Part shown: positions 44,784-60,340 of the stretch, piece after piece
How positions within the stretch are numbered: the first letter of the stretch is position 1
Layout: every line of letters starts with the position of its first letter
DNA from: the human T2T-CHM13v2.0 reference genome, Homo sapiens
Strand: one strand, 5' to 3'
Length of the DNA stretch: 64,000 nucleotides
Assembly (NCBI RefSeq): GCF_009914755.1
Contig: NC_060947.1
Program-made: the position numbers and the translations under genes
The notes under the pieces: model-generated
Databases searched by the model: none
What the model was told of the DNA's origin: nothing
The model's input: only the letters and a program-made list of their open reading frames with translations

Positions 44784-46121
44784 TGACTTTTTCCTTGACT
44801 ATCCACTCGTTTAGGTTTTGCAATATTTTACATGAAGAAGAGTTTTGAATAACAGCATTGGCATACAACATCCTCAGGTGTTTGACTTTCTTTTTAAAAG
44901 TTGTATCCATTACACCTGCAGATTAGGGTTTGCAGTTTGCTATCAGGTTAGCCAAATATATTTTCTTATCTTACTAGTTCTTCAGGTTTAGTTCACAGCC
45001 TTATCAGGAAGCAAATTATCCTTGAATTTGGTATTCTCTGGAAAATCTGCTTTAAAAATACCTGAAGGTATTGGTTCTGAATGACATCTAAGAGGAATGG
45101 AGTGTTTTTCTTCAAAGTCAAAGTAATTTTGAATGTACCATATTTTTAACGAAAATAATAACAGGACCATCATTAATTCTCTGCAAATTATCTATGATTT
45201 CAAAAATTGCCATCACCTTTTGAAATCATCTACCATTTTCTTAATATGGGCTTTATTTAACCTGCACCCTATTTTGTGGGAACTTGCAAATTCTGTTGTC
45301 CTCAAGTCCAATAGCGATTGCAATGATACGGACAAGTGTTTCTGACGTTCAGGCCAAATGCCACCATGCTCTTGGAACACTGTTTAGCCGGCAATGTCTG
45401 CAGTGACTTTTGAAGTGCATGGCAATCATCTTCTTCTTACTTAGTTATTTTTATTCTTGGTAGCTGGCCTGCTGCTTACCGCAGAGGCTTGCCATTTGTT
45501 CAGGGTACAGCAGCCTTGAAGTAGTAGCCCAGATTGAGACACTCAGTGTGAGTTTGGTCTTAAGGATAGTGTGGGGTAGGCCTCAGGGAGCAAAGGAGCA
45601 CTGAAGAAAGAGCTGGAGAAGCAGGACTGAGTTCCTGGGAGCTTAACTGGAACCCCAAAGTGGCCCAGGTGGAAGCCAAAGTGGAGAGATTACTGCAGCA
45701 GAGGTAGAAACTCATGTTCCTTCCCTCTTCCTTTGCCCCCTATTGCCAAGCCAAATATTGCATGATAGTCCCCTTTGCCTCTGGCTCCAACTAGGCATGA
45801 CAGAATGACCTTCCTCTTCATTATTCTTCTTTTGCCTATTTGGACTCTCACTGCAGTTTGTAATTATAAATTTAAGGGTTATTTATTTGTTCATTTTTTC
45901 ATTCCCTCACTACAGAGCAGGGATTGTGTGTCTGTTATTTGTCGCTGCATCCCCACCACGCGGCACAGTACCTGTCACAGAGGCACTTAATAAACATTTT
46001 ATTAATGAATCACTCTTATAGTGCTTCGAAGTTGAACAACTGCATTTTATTGCAGTTTTATAACAATTTCACCTAATTATTTGACTTTTATGTACCTTAC
46101 TTGATTTTTAGTTACATCCTG

Positions 46122-46422
46122 TTTTTTTTTTTTTTTTTTTTTTGAGACAGAGTCTCGCTTTGTTCCCCAGGCTGGAGTGCAGAGGCACGATCTCTACCAC
46201 TGCAACCTCCACCTCCCGGGTTCAAGCAGTTCTCTGCATCAGCCTACCGAGTAGCTGGGATTACAGGCACCCACCAGCAACCGGGCTAACTTTTTTGTAT
46301 TTTTAGCAGAGAAGGGGTTTCACCATCTTGGCCAGGCCGGTCTTGAACTCCTGACCTGGTGATCCACTCACCTCGGCCTCCCAAAGTGCTGAGATTATAG
46401 GCGTGAACCACAGTTCCTGGCC
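46122..46422 (-). mobile_element. AluS
   Basis: Antisense Alu. Confidence 0.95.
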
Positions 46423-47353
46423 AATGCTTTTATTTTCAAATATTCTGCAAATGTTATATCTCAGTCATTGTATAAATTCTTTTTGTTTGTGCCTATATAT
46501 TGTGTATATATAACATACACAAATGTATATAAAGTCTATAATATACAAATGCTATTTTAAAAAATAATAGTAACATGGCAACAAATATGCCTACAATCCA
46601 GTTTAAGAAATATTACCAGTGCATTTGAAGCTTCTTGCATGTTTGTTCCCAATCTCAGATGCCCCAGTCTCCACTCTGAGATACTGTTTTGAATTACTAA
46701 TTATACTCATATCACCTGATAGGTGTTTATCACAAATGTCTGTATCTTTTCACTGTGGAGTTTTATTGCATTGAATGACTATTCCACTACCTATTTATCT
46801 TTTGTACTCTTTATGGACATCTAGGTTGCCATGCATTTTTTTCATTACAAACGGTGCTGCTACGAACATTCTTGTACATGCTTCCTGAGACACATATGCC
46901 AAAGCTTCTCTGGCATATACCTAAAACTGGAATTGTGTGCTTTTTATGTATGTTACCTTAAACTTAAGTAGGTTGTTTTTTTTGTGTGTGATGTCTACCT
47001 TTATCGATAAATAATGCCTGTATAAATTGTTTTACCACCAGTTTGCAAAAATAGTGATGTTTTAATTTTATCATTGTTCATTTCTAGTCTCAGAGTTGCA
47101 ATATTTCTTTCCAAGGATCCTTGCTTTCTTTTAGTGAGAAATAATATTTCAAGACCATTCTCTGGGCATTCAGTATGTTGCCCTTATGTTGTCGCTCTTA
47201 CGTTGATTATTGTTTTTAGGACATTTCAGTGGACAGAGCTAGGAAATATTATTTAAGGTAATTCACATTATGAGTTCACACTGATCTTCCAGTTAAAATT
47301 AGGATTATTTAAGTTTCAGTTAACCATTTTGATCTGTATTTCCTTTTGCTCAT

Positions 47354-47722
47354 TGTACTAGTCTGTTCTCACACTGCTAATAAAACATACCCAAGACTGG
47401 GCAATTTATAAACAAAAGAGGTTTAACGGCCTCACAGTTCCACATGGCTGGGGAGGCCTCACAATCATGGCAGAAGGCAAGGAGGAGCAAGTCACATCTA
47501 ATGTAAATGGTGACAGGCAAAGAGAGAGCTCATGCAGGGAAACGCCCCTTTATAAAACCACCAGATCTCGGGGAGACTGATTTACTATCACAAGAACAGA
47601 ATGGGAAAGCACCACCCCTGTGATTCAATTACTTCCCACTGGGTCCCTCCCATGACATGTGAGAATTATGGGGGCTACAATTCAAGATGAGATTTGGGTG
47701 GGGACACAGCCAAATCCTGTTA
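47354..47722 (-). mobile_element. THE1 (C/D-like) LTR
   Basis: tgtactagtctgttctcacactgctaataaaacatacccaagactggg...gagatttgggtggggacacagccaaa. Confidence 0.9.
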
Positions 47723-48266
47723 CTCATTTTGAAAAATCGACTTCCCAATGACACTAACATAGTTGTTTGTTTTATCCCATGATACATATGCTTGATTCTC
47801 AGAATAGAAATCTACATGTATCTTTATTAATATGATTTCTCAAAGTTTAATTTAATTATATATGTATTATATATAATTACTCAAAAAGACATTATATATT
47901 TATCTTTTATATTTTATATATGTATATTTATATATATACACATATACATATATATTATATATATATATATTTCCGTTTGAGTGATTTTTTATTTAAAGTC
48001 CCTTGGAATGATTCTTCTGTGTGCTGTCTTGCTACCAACTTATACATAGATTCATGTGTTTCATTCTGCTTTCAAATTTTAGAGACTGTCTTATTTGGAT
48101 TTACCTTTTTAAATTATGTAAAATAATTATGTAAAGTGAAATCTATACATTAAGATATATTCATAAAAATATAATTTACATTTCTGTATCCTCCATCTTA
48201 TTCCTTTTCTCCTTAGACACTTTTTCAGTTTTTAGTTTATACTTTCATTTAGAAGATATAAACTAT

Positions 48267-48568
<302 letters not shown>

Positions 48569-50780
48569 CTAATGCACATAAATAAGTTCCCTAGTATCCT
48601 CCAAAGGTGAAAAATGACTGTTTTTAAAATACCAGTATGAACCCATGGATTTGAACATATCGTATGGGTGTTAATCCATTGAAATTATTATTTTAATTGA
48701 AGCCCCAATTTTTTGGCACAACCTGTTATCTTTGACACCTTCCTTGATTTCTGGTATGACAAGATGCCGCTCCCCCTCTTTCTTAGCTGAACAGTGGCAT
48801 AATATGCACACTTTCATTTACCTTATATAAATGTAATATAATCTACTCAAATAGTACCCTATTGATGAACATTTTGGTTGAGCCCAACTTTTTGCTATTA
48901 TATATAATGCTGCAATGAATAACTCTGCACTTAGCCTTTCATATTTTTGCCAATTTTCCTTCCTAGAAATGTGATCTCTTAGTCAAAGCGTACATTGATA
49001 CACAATTTTAGGCACAACGTTTTTTAAAAAGACCATTCTAGCGAGTGTAACCCATTTATTATCTTGTTGACCATACTGTTAGAATAGACTTTCTCATGAT
49101 AGATGACCAATTTCACCTTTGGCCCTAGTGAAAATAGGGAAAACAGTTTAATCAGTCAGCAGGATTTGACTGATGTTGTGTCAGCCAGGATTTGCTCACT
49201 GGCTTTGTTTACTCAAAATTCTTTCCATCTAAGCTAATAAAGTCAACCTTTAGGCTAAAGCATGCCTTTAATACTCATTGGGAACTTGGGTGAATAGGGT
49301 ATGTGAAATGTTACCACACAGTCTATATACCCTGTGTGGTATGTGGTTTTCTGAGAGAAGATGAAGCCCCACAGCCAGTCTGTTGGCAAATTTAAAAACA
49401 AAACAAAACAAAACAAACAAACAAAAAAACACTTCTTAGGCACTTAACAAATGAACCCTAGTTGTTTCCTCTCAGCTTGCTCCCTTTGCTTTTGCTTTTC
49501 CCAAATCCCCCATGGATAGCACCTTAATATACCACCTCTCTCTCATTCATTTATTCATTCAACAAATATTTATTGAGATAATTTCTATGCATGTCTACAC
49601 TGGGATGTTATTTTTTCTCCAGGTTCATGTTACTTATTGCAGAGAATTCTAAAGTTTTTGCTTATGATCTTTTTAAACATTAACTTTAGATACAGAGTAT
49701 TTGTCAATGAATTGCTAAGGGGCTCCCTCACCCCACCATAATACTGGCAGCAAAATGTAGGCTGCCTGCCTTACTGTTTACTTGGAAATGGCTTCTTTCT
49801 TGTTTGTGTGAGACTGTATCTCTTCATGTGGCTCACACTAATCTGGGCACTCAGTATCACCAGCGGCCAAGAAAAGGTTGTGGATAAGAATTTTCTGAGG
49901 TGAAATTTCTCAGGACTGCTTGTTGTTACAGAGAAGCCTTTATTGTGTCTCTAACAATTTCTACTATTTATTCATGAGGAAATAGAGACGGAGAAAAGTT
50001 TAATAACTTGCCTAAAAGAACACAGTAACTTACATAGCCTGGATTCAAACTCAGGTCTCTGACTCTAAATCCCATGATTTTCAATATTATAGTAAACTGA
50101 CTCCTTGAAATCAGTTTGGTTTGTGTTTGGTTGCTATTTTACATGCTAACCAAGATCTAACTGGTCCTATGGGTTGAATAAATGAACTGTTTGTCTTGGA
50201 GAATAAGGCCCAGCTGAAGAATAGGGCTTTTCCAAAGCCACTTGATACTGGGTAGATGTTCAAGGCAGAATTATGTGTAATCCTCATTGCAGAGGTTGCA
50301 GGGCTAGGTATGAATTTTGACCCCCTGCTTTCCAGCTAGCAAAATCACAGTTAAAAATATTTTACTTTCAGCCAGCCCCTGAGGCTTGATTTCCTTTGTG
50401 GCCTGATTTGTGAGGTCATCTCCAAGTAATCAACTCTGCTTTTTCCATTTCTTCTCTTGGAGCAAGGTAAAGGTCTTACACACATATACCCTGCTGGGAT
50501 AAACTATAAATAGCTAAAGGAATGGTGTTTATTAAGGAAAAGGGACACTATCACAAAACCTTATTTCTCTGTTATAGAAATATCTATGCTTTGAAGGTCA
50601 AACAAATTTCTATCACATACAGAGTTCAAATATATTAATGCTTGAGTTTCTTCATTAGTTCCTTCATGAGTAAAATGAACACAAAATTACATATGAAGTA
50701 ATTTTAATAAGCACTCATAAAGTGCTTCATTGATTTATTTATCAAATATTCAATGTTCCTTCTAAGCTCTTAGAGTGATG

Positions 50781-51033
50781 CTGTATTAGTTTGCTAGGAC
50801 TACCATAACAAAGTACCACAAATTGGGTAACTTAGAGCAACAGTAATTTATTTTTTCGCAGTTCTAGAAGTCAGAAATCCAAAATCAAGATGTCTTCAGG
50901 GTTGTGCTCCTTCAGGAGATAGTAGTGGAGTATCCTTCCTTGTCTCTTCTTAGCTTCTGGTCACATTGTGAGGTAGTGGAAGTTAGAACTTTAATGTATC
51001 TTTTTTAGTGGGGGCACCATTCAAACTATAACA
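50781..51033 (-). mobile_element. Internally deleted MLT1B/C LTR
   Basis: tgtattagtttgctaggactaccataacaaagtaccaca...accattcaaactataaca. Confidence 0.75.
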
Positions 51034-51159
51034 GATGCCAAGATGAATAAAATACACTCCTTAGTTTCAAAATGATTCCTATATACTAGGAGAGATTGGC
51101 TGTACAGAAATAATTGCTCTGTAAAGCATCAGGCAGAGGTTTTAAGTGAAGGACCATGA

Positions 51160-51607
<448 letters not shown>

Positions 51608-51774
51608 TAGTCCATAGCTGGCATATCTCTGACCACCCCTGCCCCACAATAGTCCCTCTCTAGTTCTCTGACCCTGCCTTGCTTTTCATAATACTAAATA
51701 CAACCTGACATATTATGTATTACTTGTTTATTTATCTACCTGTGGTAAAATATAAGACATATGAAAATAGGTCT

Positions 51775-52620
51775 CTTAGAAAAAGTCAAACTGTTTTTCC
51801 CTACCCTCTTACACAGTCACTCACAGTCAACACAGAGGACTCCACCTCTAGTCGTCAAAGTGTGTAAGAGAATTTTCCCCACACACCAAGAAATTCTCCA
51901 GTGGATACCAGCTGTGTGTCCTATAATTTAACTTAATTCTGACGCTATCTACCTTGAGATAGTGTCAGATCCCACAGGTTAAGGGCTCAGTCCCATAAGA
52001 CTGCTCCCACTTCAGATATCAGTAGCAAGCTGCTGATGTCACCTATACTTCTGGCCGGCCAGCTATAAATTGGGGTTCCCAAAACCCTTCCCAAGGTTCA
52101 ACTACTTTTCCCATATCACTCAGAAAAAACACTTTGCTTACATTGACCGATTTATCATAAACGATATTGCAAAGGATACAGATGAAGTGATGCATGCGAC
52201 AAGGCATGTGAGAAGGGGTATAGAGCTTCCATGCCTGCTCTGGGCAGCCACCCACCTCCATGTGTCTAAAACCATCCAAAACCTCATCTAAGCCATCCAA
52301 AACCTCATCTAACAACCCTGTCCTTCTGGCTTTTTATGGAGGCTTCAATACTTAGGCATGATTGGCTACATCTTTGGCCACTGAGGATCAATTCAACATT
52401 TAGCCCCTCTCCCTCCCCGGAGCTGGGGGTCAGGTAGAGCTGAAAGTCCCAACTCTCTAATCATGCCTTGATGATCTTTCTGGTGACGCTCTAGCCATCT
52501 GTCATTTCATTAGCATACAAAAGATATTCTTATCACTTCAGAGATTCTAAGAGTCTTGGGAACTATGTTCCAGAAATCAAGGGCAGAGACGAATTATATA
52601 TGTCTTATTACGTCACAATA
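51775..52620 (-). mobile_element. MER21 ERV LTR inserted in L2
   Basis: ccagtggataccagctgtgtgtcc...gagatagtgtcagatcccacaggttaagggctcagtccc; internal 21-bp tandem duplication at ~52268-52312. Confidence 0.85.
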
Positions 52621-53871
52621 TTTTAAGGGCCCTTGTCTATCTTATATACTGTAGCATCTCTAGTGACTAGGCCACAGTGCCTGGCACATAGTAGGTGCTC
52701 AATAAATGATCAGTGACTGGACAAATGAATGATCAAGTGCATTGCTTAAAATGGCAACTTGTTTGATTGTTTATTTCACTTCCTTTTCTTGAGAAGGATC
52801 AGGAGGGTACAGTCACCTTGGACCCCAACAATTACCTACAGTGGTGAGCATGTGTCCTTATGCTATACCAAATTTCAGGATTGAAATTAAGACTGCTAAG
52901 AAATTAAGGTTTTAAAGAAGATGATAGGCCCTTCCATGGTGGCCAGACACTGTCCTGGTAGGTACAAGGAGAAACAATTTGGCTGCCAGGACTAATTTGT
53001 GTAATTTCATTTCTTTTTTGCGTCTTGGCCCTCCTTCATAGGTTAAAAGCCTACATTGCAGCAAACCCCTGCAATTTCCACAGCATGACAGTCAGAAGGA
53101 ATTGCCTGGCCAGAAAGCTCTGCAGTACAACACAAATGGAGGAGTTTGCTGCACTGCAGTGCCGGCTCTTTCATTTCGCTGTCAGACAATGACACAATTA
53201 TAAGCAATTACTTATTAGATGTTTGAAAACTATTGTAAAAAGCCAGCACCATTTGCCAAAAGTAATTTAATGAAATTGGGCATAATTGCACCCTGAACTA
53301 AATTTTTCTGATTGGCCCACAGTTAGATGACTCCCCGGAAATTATTTAGCAAATGAATGAATAAAATCACATAGATGAAATCTTTACCCATTTGATGGAA
53401 ATGCATGATTTGGAGACAGAAGGCACAAATCTTTAATTATTTATGGTGAGATGTTTGACAAATGTGTAAGAAATAAACTATTTGCTTGATAAAACATAAA
53501 ACAGTATTATAAAAGGAAATGAGATGTCTTAAGGATCTAGAGCCCATTTGATATTTTGACTGAAAGTTGAAAACAATTATAAATTTCAAATGTTGATTAA
53601 TGGCTATCTCACATAGTTAATAAATATGAATAAAGGAATAAAGTAAGTTTTCACCAATTTGGATGAGGAAGCGTCTCCTAAATTCGTGAAAACTCTAATT
53701 CGTACGACAATATTGAATAAATGGAGTTTCTTTATTTTCTCATATGCCTAGTAGCTACATAGACCAACTATTTCCTCTTCCATAGGGCACATTATTTTCT
53801 CCAAATAAATGAGAATAATTTATAATGAAATACTTGAATTGTTTGTAAATTGATGCATGATTAAAGTAGGT

Positions 53872-54187
53872 TTTCTTTTCTTTTCCTTTTTTTGGAGATG
53901 GAGTCTCGCTCTGTTGCCCATGCGGGAGTGCAGTGGTGTGATCTCAGCTCACTGCAACCTCTGCCTCCTGGGTTCAAGTGATTCTCTTGCCTCAGCCTCC
54001 TGAGTAGCTGGGATTACAGGTGTGCACCACCATGCCCGGCTTATTATTATTATTATTTTGTATTTATAGTAGAGATCAGGTTTCACCATGTTGGTCAGGC
54101 TGGTCTCGAACTCCTGACCTCAGGTGATCTGCTCCCCTCGGTCTCCCAAAATGCTGGGATTATAGGCGTGAGCCACTGCACTCGGCC
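53872..54187 (-). mobile_element. AluS
   Basis: TSD taaagtaggttttct. Confidence 0.96.
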
Positions 54188-55265
54188 TAAAGTAGGTTTT
54201 CTGATGGAGTTTAAATATTCTTCTTCACTTTTGTTCATTAACACATTATTGGTTTAGCAATCCTATCCCTGTGTTTTCTTTTTTATCAGATGAATTTACT
54301 TTTTTAGTAAACACTTGTTTGTTATTTCTTTTAAAAAATCAAGCAATACAGAGGTGTACAACAAAGTAGGGGAGTCACCTCAAAGCCCATTACCCGGAAA
54401 CAATAATAATTAACATTGGTGAATATCATTTCATATACCTCTTTTTGTAAATACACAAAGGGCTGAATGTCTGGGTAGTTTTATAAAAGTGATATTACAC
54501 TGTATCTATTTTGAATTTTAAAGGAGTACATAAAATAACTTGAATTTAGTAAAAGAAAAAGTCGGAGTAAAATGGAAAAAATGTTGAAGTTAATAATAAT
54601 TATTCAAGCTTTTTTTGTTTTGTAAGCTCTGTAAAAAAAATTTAGATAGTACTTGTTATTTTGTTAGTTATTTTGATTTTGACAAAGCTATTAGCATTGA
54701 CTTCTAAAATCCTAACTCCCATGACTGCTTAATTTTAATTCTCTGTTCTAAAACATTCCGTGCTTGCCATTAGTTCTTTAGCCACAACTTCTCCATCTTT
54801 AAGTTCCATATTTTGATTAATCTGTTAGTTGAACTGATGGCATCACCAAGTAATGTTTTCAGATAGGACTCATGGAGTCCTTTGAATGCATGCATACTTG
54901 AAGAAGATTGTGTTTATATGCAAAGGACAACTTGACTAATGGGTATAGAATTATATGCCATGATTTTTCACCCTCTCAGGATTGCAGACATTGCTTTTTC
55001 TTCTTGCATTGAGTGTTGCACTTCTTTTTACCATAATTTCTTTAGTTATCTCTTGTCTGGTTAGATTTCATCATCAATTAATTTATATAAGAGCTCCTTA
55101 TTACCAAGATAACTTTATGTTGAATGTTACTGTGGAGAAATCTGAAGCCAGCTTAATATACCTACTTTTCCTTTTGTAAGTGCCTTTTCCCCCTTGTCTG
55201 GATGACTGAAGAATTCCTGAAGGCAGTAGGCAATGGCTACCACTCTCAAGAGTTCAGTCTTGACT

Positions 55266-55571
55266 TTTTTTTTTTTTCTTTTGAGACGGAGTTTTGCTCT
55301 TGTTGCCCATGTTGGAGTGCAGTGGCACAATCTCAGCTCACTGCCACCTCCGCCTCCTGGGTTCAAGTGATTCTCCTGCCTCAGGCCTCCCGAGTAGCTG
55401 GGATTACAGGTTCCCACCACCATGCCTGGCTAATTTTTTTATATTTTTAGTAGAGACAGGGATTTCATCATGTTGGCCAGGTTGGTCTCGAACTCCTGAC
55501 CTAAGGTGATCCACCTGCCTCAGCCTCCCAAAGTGCAGGGATTACAGGCATGAGCCACCACGCCCAGCCCG
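55266..55571 (-). mobile_element. AluSq-like
   Basis: TSD gtc(t/c)tgactttt. Confidence 0.95.
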
Positions 55572-56292
55572 GTCCTGACTTTTCCCTGGGCTGTTCATCC
55601 ATCCTTTCAGTCCAATTTTGACCACAGGATGGGTATTGGAAAGAATTTTCAGGCTTTTATTAACACTTTTTTTCTTTAATACTACCTCTGTGGGGTTATA
55701 GTTCGGTCAAATTTTTTGCTATCTCATACTAGAATATCAGGATTTTTTTTCCCATTGGCGGTCATTTTTTGAAAGTGTTTGGCAAAAGGCTGTATCCCTA
55801 TGTTAATTTGCTGCTGGTATAGTCACTACCCTTCACGTTTTTATTGTTTAAAACATTTTTGTTGCTGTTTTTCATTGCATAAAATAATTTTTCTTCATTC
55901 TTCTGACTCATCTGGAAATAGAACACAGTAATGATTGTCCGAGTTTTTCCATTATTTTATTTTGAAGATTTTCAAACATATAGCAAAGACGAAAGAATTT
56001 AACAGTGAATAATTATATTTGATTGATCATCAATGTCTAGTCAAGAAACAGAAACCACATCAGAATTTTCAACAGGTAAGTTTAATAGAAAGAATTGATA
56101 ACAAAGTAAAAGGTGATTAACTATGGGCAATACCCCACTTTTTACAGTAGCGGATAGCAATAAAAATGCCAGTACGAGCCGAAACTGTGCAAAACAATCT
56201 TAATATATGAGGAGTTATGATTGTTCTATGACATTTATAATTTTTTGTCAAAATATTTTAAAACTTTCTGTTATAAATTTATAGCAGAGTAA

Positions 56293-56652
<360 letters not shown>

Positions 56653-57026
56653 AAAGCATTTTATTTCTTTGAAAAATGTATAAACGATGATTTAAATAGT
56701 GCTTGCCTTCTTATGGAGAGAGCATTTGCAAATTGCTATGCTCCTTTGTAAGTTTGCATCATCTTTCAATATTGTATCCTTGGCACTTTCAACGTTGTCT
56801 AGTATCTTCAAGATTTCCTTTAATGTGTATTTTTTTTGCTGGTGTCACTTTCTCTGGAACATCTTCATTTTTGTGGTCACAACTTTTCACGTTTATGTTC
56901 ATAATTTAATTCCTGTATTTCTAGGGTCTCTTGAATGGCATGGCAGTAGTATCAATGTTTCCATGGTTGGCTATTTCTTCTATAACTTCATATATTTTTT
57001 TCTAATTTCACATATAGCAATATTAA

Positions 57027-57506
<480 letters not shown>

Positions 57507-60340
57507 TGACAGATGTTCAAAGAAGTGACAAGATTGGTCAGTAATAACAACATGCATTTGTTACTTGTGGACTGAAGAACTACTAGCAAAGTTTATATTT
57601 TATGCAGTTAGTCACAGTTCTTATACACTTGTAACTAAAATTCAGACTGTTGTTGGGGAACTGATTTATTTAATTAGATGGTGGTATATTACATCCCTGC
57701 AAAGTAAGGGCTCTTTGTACTAGCAAATGTGAAAAAATATTTCTAATGTATATCAGAAGTTGAAGTTGCAAAATGAGGCTACCACCCTAGGCCTGAAGGA
57801 AAATTGAACCAGGAAGAAACTAACTAAAAGGAAGCTGAGCTCCCTACAAGCTGAGATTCAGATATTTGAGACGTCGTAACTGTGAAAAGGAGGATGACTT
57901 CAGCTGCTGTGGATAAAGAAGAAGATGACCCAGAACCATGAAAGAAGTTTATCCCTATGGTAAAAAAGGAAGTTGCTGGAGGCAAGAACAACTTGCCACC
58001 GTGGTGAACACTACAGGAATCAGCTGTATCTGAAATACTCACTGCTGCAGATACAAATTACAAACAGGGGGAAAAAAAAAAGGAAGTTATTTATTTCACA
58101 TCCAGGCTTGCAGTCACCTTCCAGGACCCACGGTTGTCAGAGAAAGACAACAAGGATCCCATTTCAAAGCAGAGATTTAGTTGCAGAGTCCAGAGGAGAA
58201 TCACAAAATTGGGCCAAGAAGAGTGGGCTTCGGACTATGAAGCAATAAATTACTGGCACACCCATTTCCCAGATTCCACCATTAACATTTTGTTACAGTT
58301 ATTTTAACACATACCTATCCACTGGCCCATCCCTTTATCCATGCCTCGATTCCCCTTATTTTTGATGGATTTTAGATAGCAATATACTTCCTTCTAAATA
58401 CTTCAGCATGCATAGTTAAGAATTTGATGTTTGATTTTTTCACTTTTATGTAAAATGGGTGTAAAATTAAATGCATAAATTTACTGATTTTTGCAAAATT
58501 CATATTTCTGTATAATCTTAACCCTATCAGCATATAACATATATCCATTGTCCCCAAAAGTTCTTTCATGCCTTTTTCCTAGTCAATCCCCTTCTGTACC
58601 TCCTCTACCTACACCCCCCTACCCCTGGGCACAAATGTTCTGATTTTTTTTTTCTGCTATAGATTAATTTTGCCTTTTGTGGAACTCCAAAGAGATGGAA
58701 TCATAGGGTATGTACTCTTCTGTGTCTGAATTATTTCTCGCAGCATGATTTTGAAATGTATCCATATTGTTGGTCAATATCAATAGTTCATCCTTTTAGT
58801 ATTCCATTGTATGGATATGACGGCGATTTTTTATTCATTCTCATATTACTAAACACCAGGGCTATTTCCAATTTTTGGCTATTGTGAATAAAGCTACTAT
58901 AAACATTTTTATGTAATTTTTCTGACTTTTAAAAATGAGGTTAAATCTGTGCGTATGTGCGTGTTTTCTTACAACAACACTTTGTATGTGAGTGGGCATG
59001 AAGTGACCTGTATTCTAATGCAGGGACCATTATCCTTATTCTAAAATTTATTTTTTAAAATTATAATTTTTTTCTCTGCTTACCTATTAGGCTAGGAGAC
59101 AGCAGTTGAACACAATCAATAGCAATTGGCTGAAGCAATGCTCCCCCTCACAACTTGATGTGTCTCCATAGACACTGCCTCATTTTGTTATTACTTCTCA
59201 CTTGCTTTATTATTTTCCTGTTCAGTGTGTTATTAAATATACAAAACAACTATTGACAGACACAGGCATGGAAACTTTCTTTTTCTATTCCTTATTTTAA
59301 TACTTCTAACAGTCATTCCCATACAATTATATACAAAATATCGTGGAATCTACTCTTAAAACAATAATTTTCGTATTTTTGTGTGGAAAAATACTTCATA
59401 ATGACAGTCTTAAAATTTTGATTAGTGTGGTACATGCTCAAGCATTTTTATTTGGCAAACAGTTTAATCAAAATAGGGAAGTTTTGTCCATTTTCATTTC
59501 ATAGACTGTTGGAAATTAATCAGTGATCTCTCAATAAAATTTTTAAAATATGTGTTAAACGGTGTAGAGAAGAATGAAATGAATTAGCTAACCATCTCCA
59601 TGGTAACAGAGAATGGAACGGTGGGTGGCGGGAAAGCCTAGTAGTAATGAATGCAATACTATTTCTTAATGTTGGGAATATGATATGATCTATGCTTTTA
59701 AATAAAAGTTTATAAAAATTATTTGCATTATTTTTACTTAACATTTCTTTCTCATTTTGTTTCTGACTTGCACTAAATGTGACACAGCTGCATTACAGCA
59801 TTTGTTTTAGCATATGGGCTAATGACAACTAACTATCAAATGTGTTGACTACCAAGTATTGAATACCAAATATAACATTTAATAACTTCAATAGTTCTCA
59901 ATTCAGAACACATTGTCTCAGAAAAACAGGATTATAAAGGGGTTTGACTCTGAATCATACTTTAATTTAGATCTGCATAACATTTCACCTGGGCCACATA
60001 CAACAGTCTTCTGTTTTCTCATTCAGTATTGTCTCCTTCTAAACAGCCTTGTGAGTCTTGTGAGTCAGTCTCGAGCGAAAACACAAATACTAGCTCCTCA
60101 TTGTGGAAAGTAAGTCCTAGGCCTTTCGCATTTTGGCCCTACCTACTATTGCAGCCCTAACTTCCATCATACCTATGTGCTGCAGGTTTTCTTACTCCTG
60201 CCAGTTGAAGATCTTTACTCTTTCAGAAACACATTGCACTGTTTGCCCTCTCTGCCTTTGCATATCCTGCTCCCTGTATCCTAGATGGCTTTGCCTATTC
60301 TCTTTTCTGGGCCTTACTTTGGCCTGGATGAAATATTCTT

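Noticed and set aside
45290-45450. Apparent RING-like Cys/His pattern (RNF168/RNFT1-like)
   Set aside because: Needs several frameshifts; the collinear NCOA4 match explains the wider region better.
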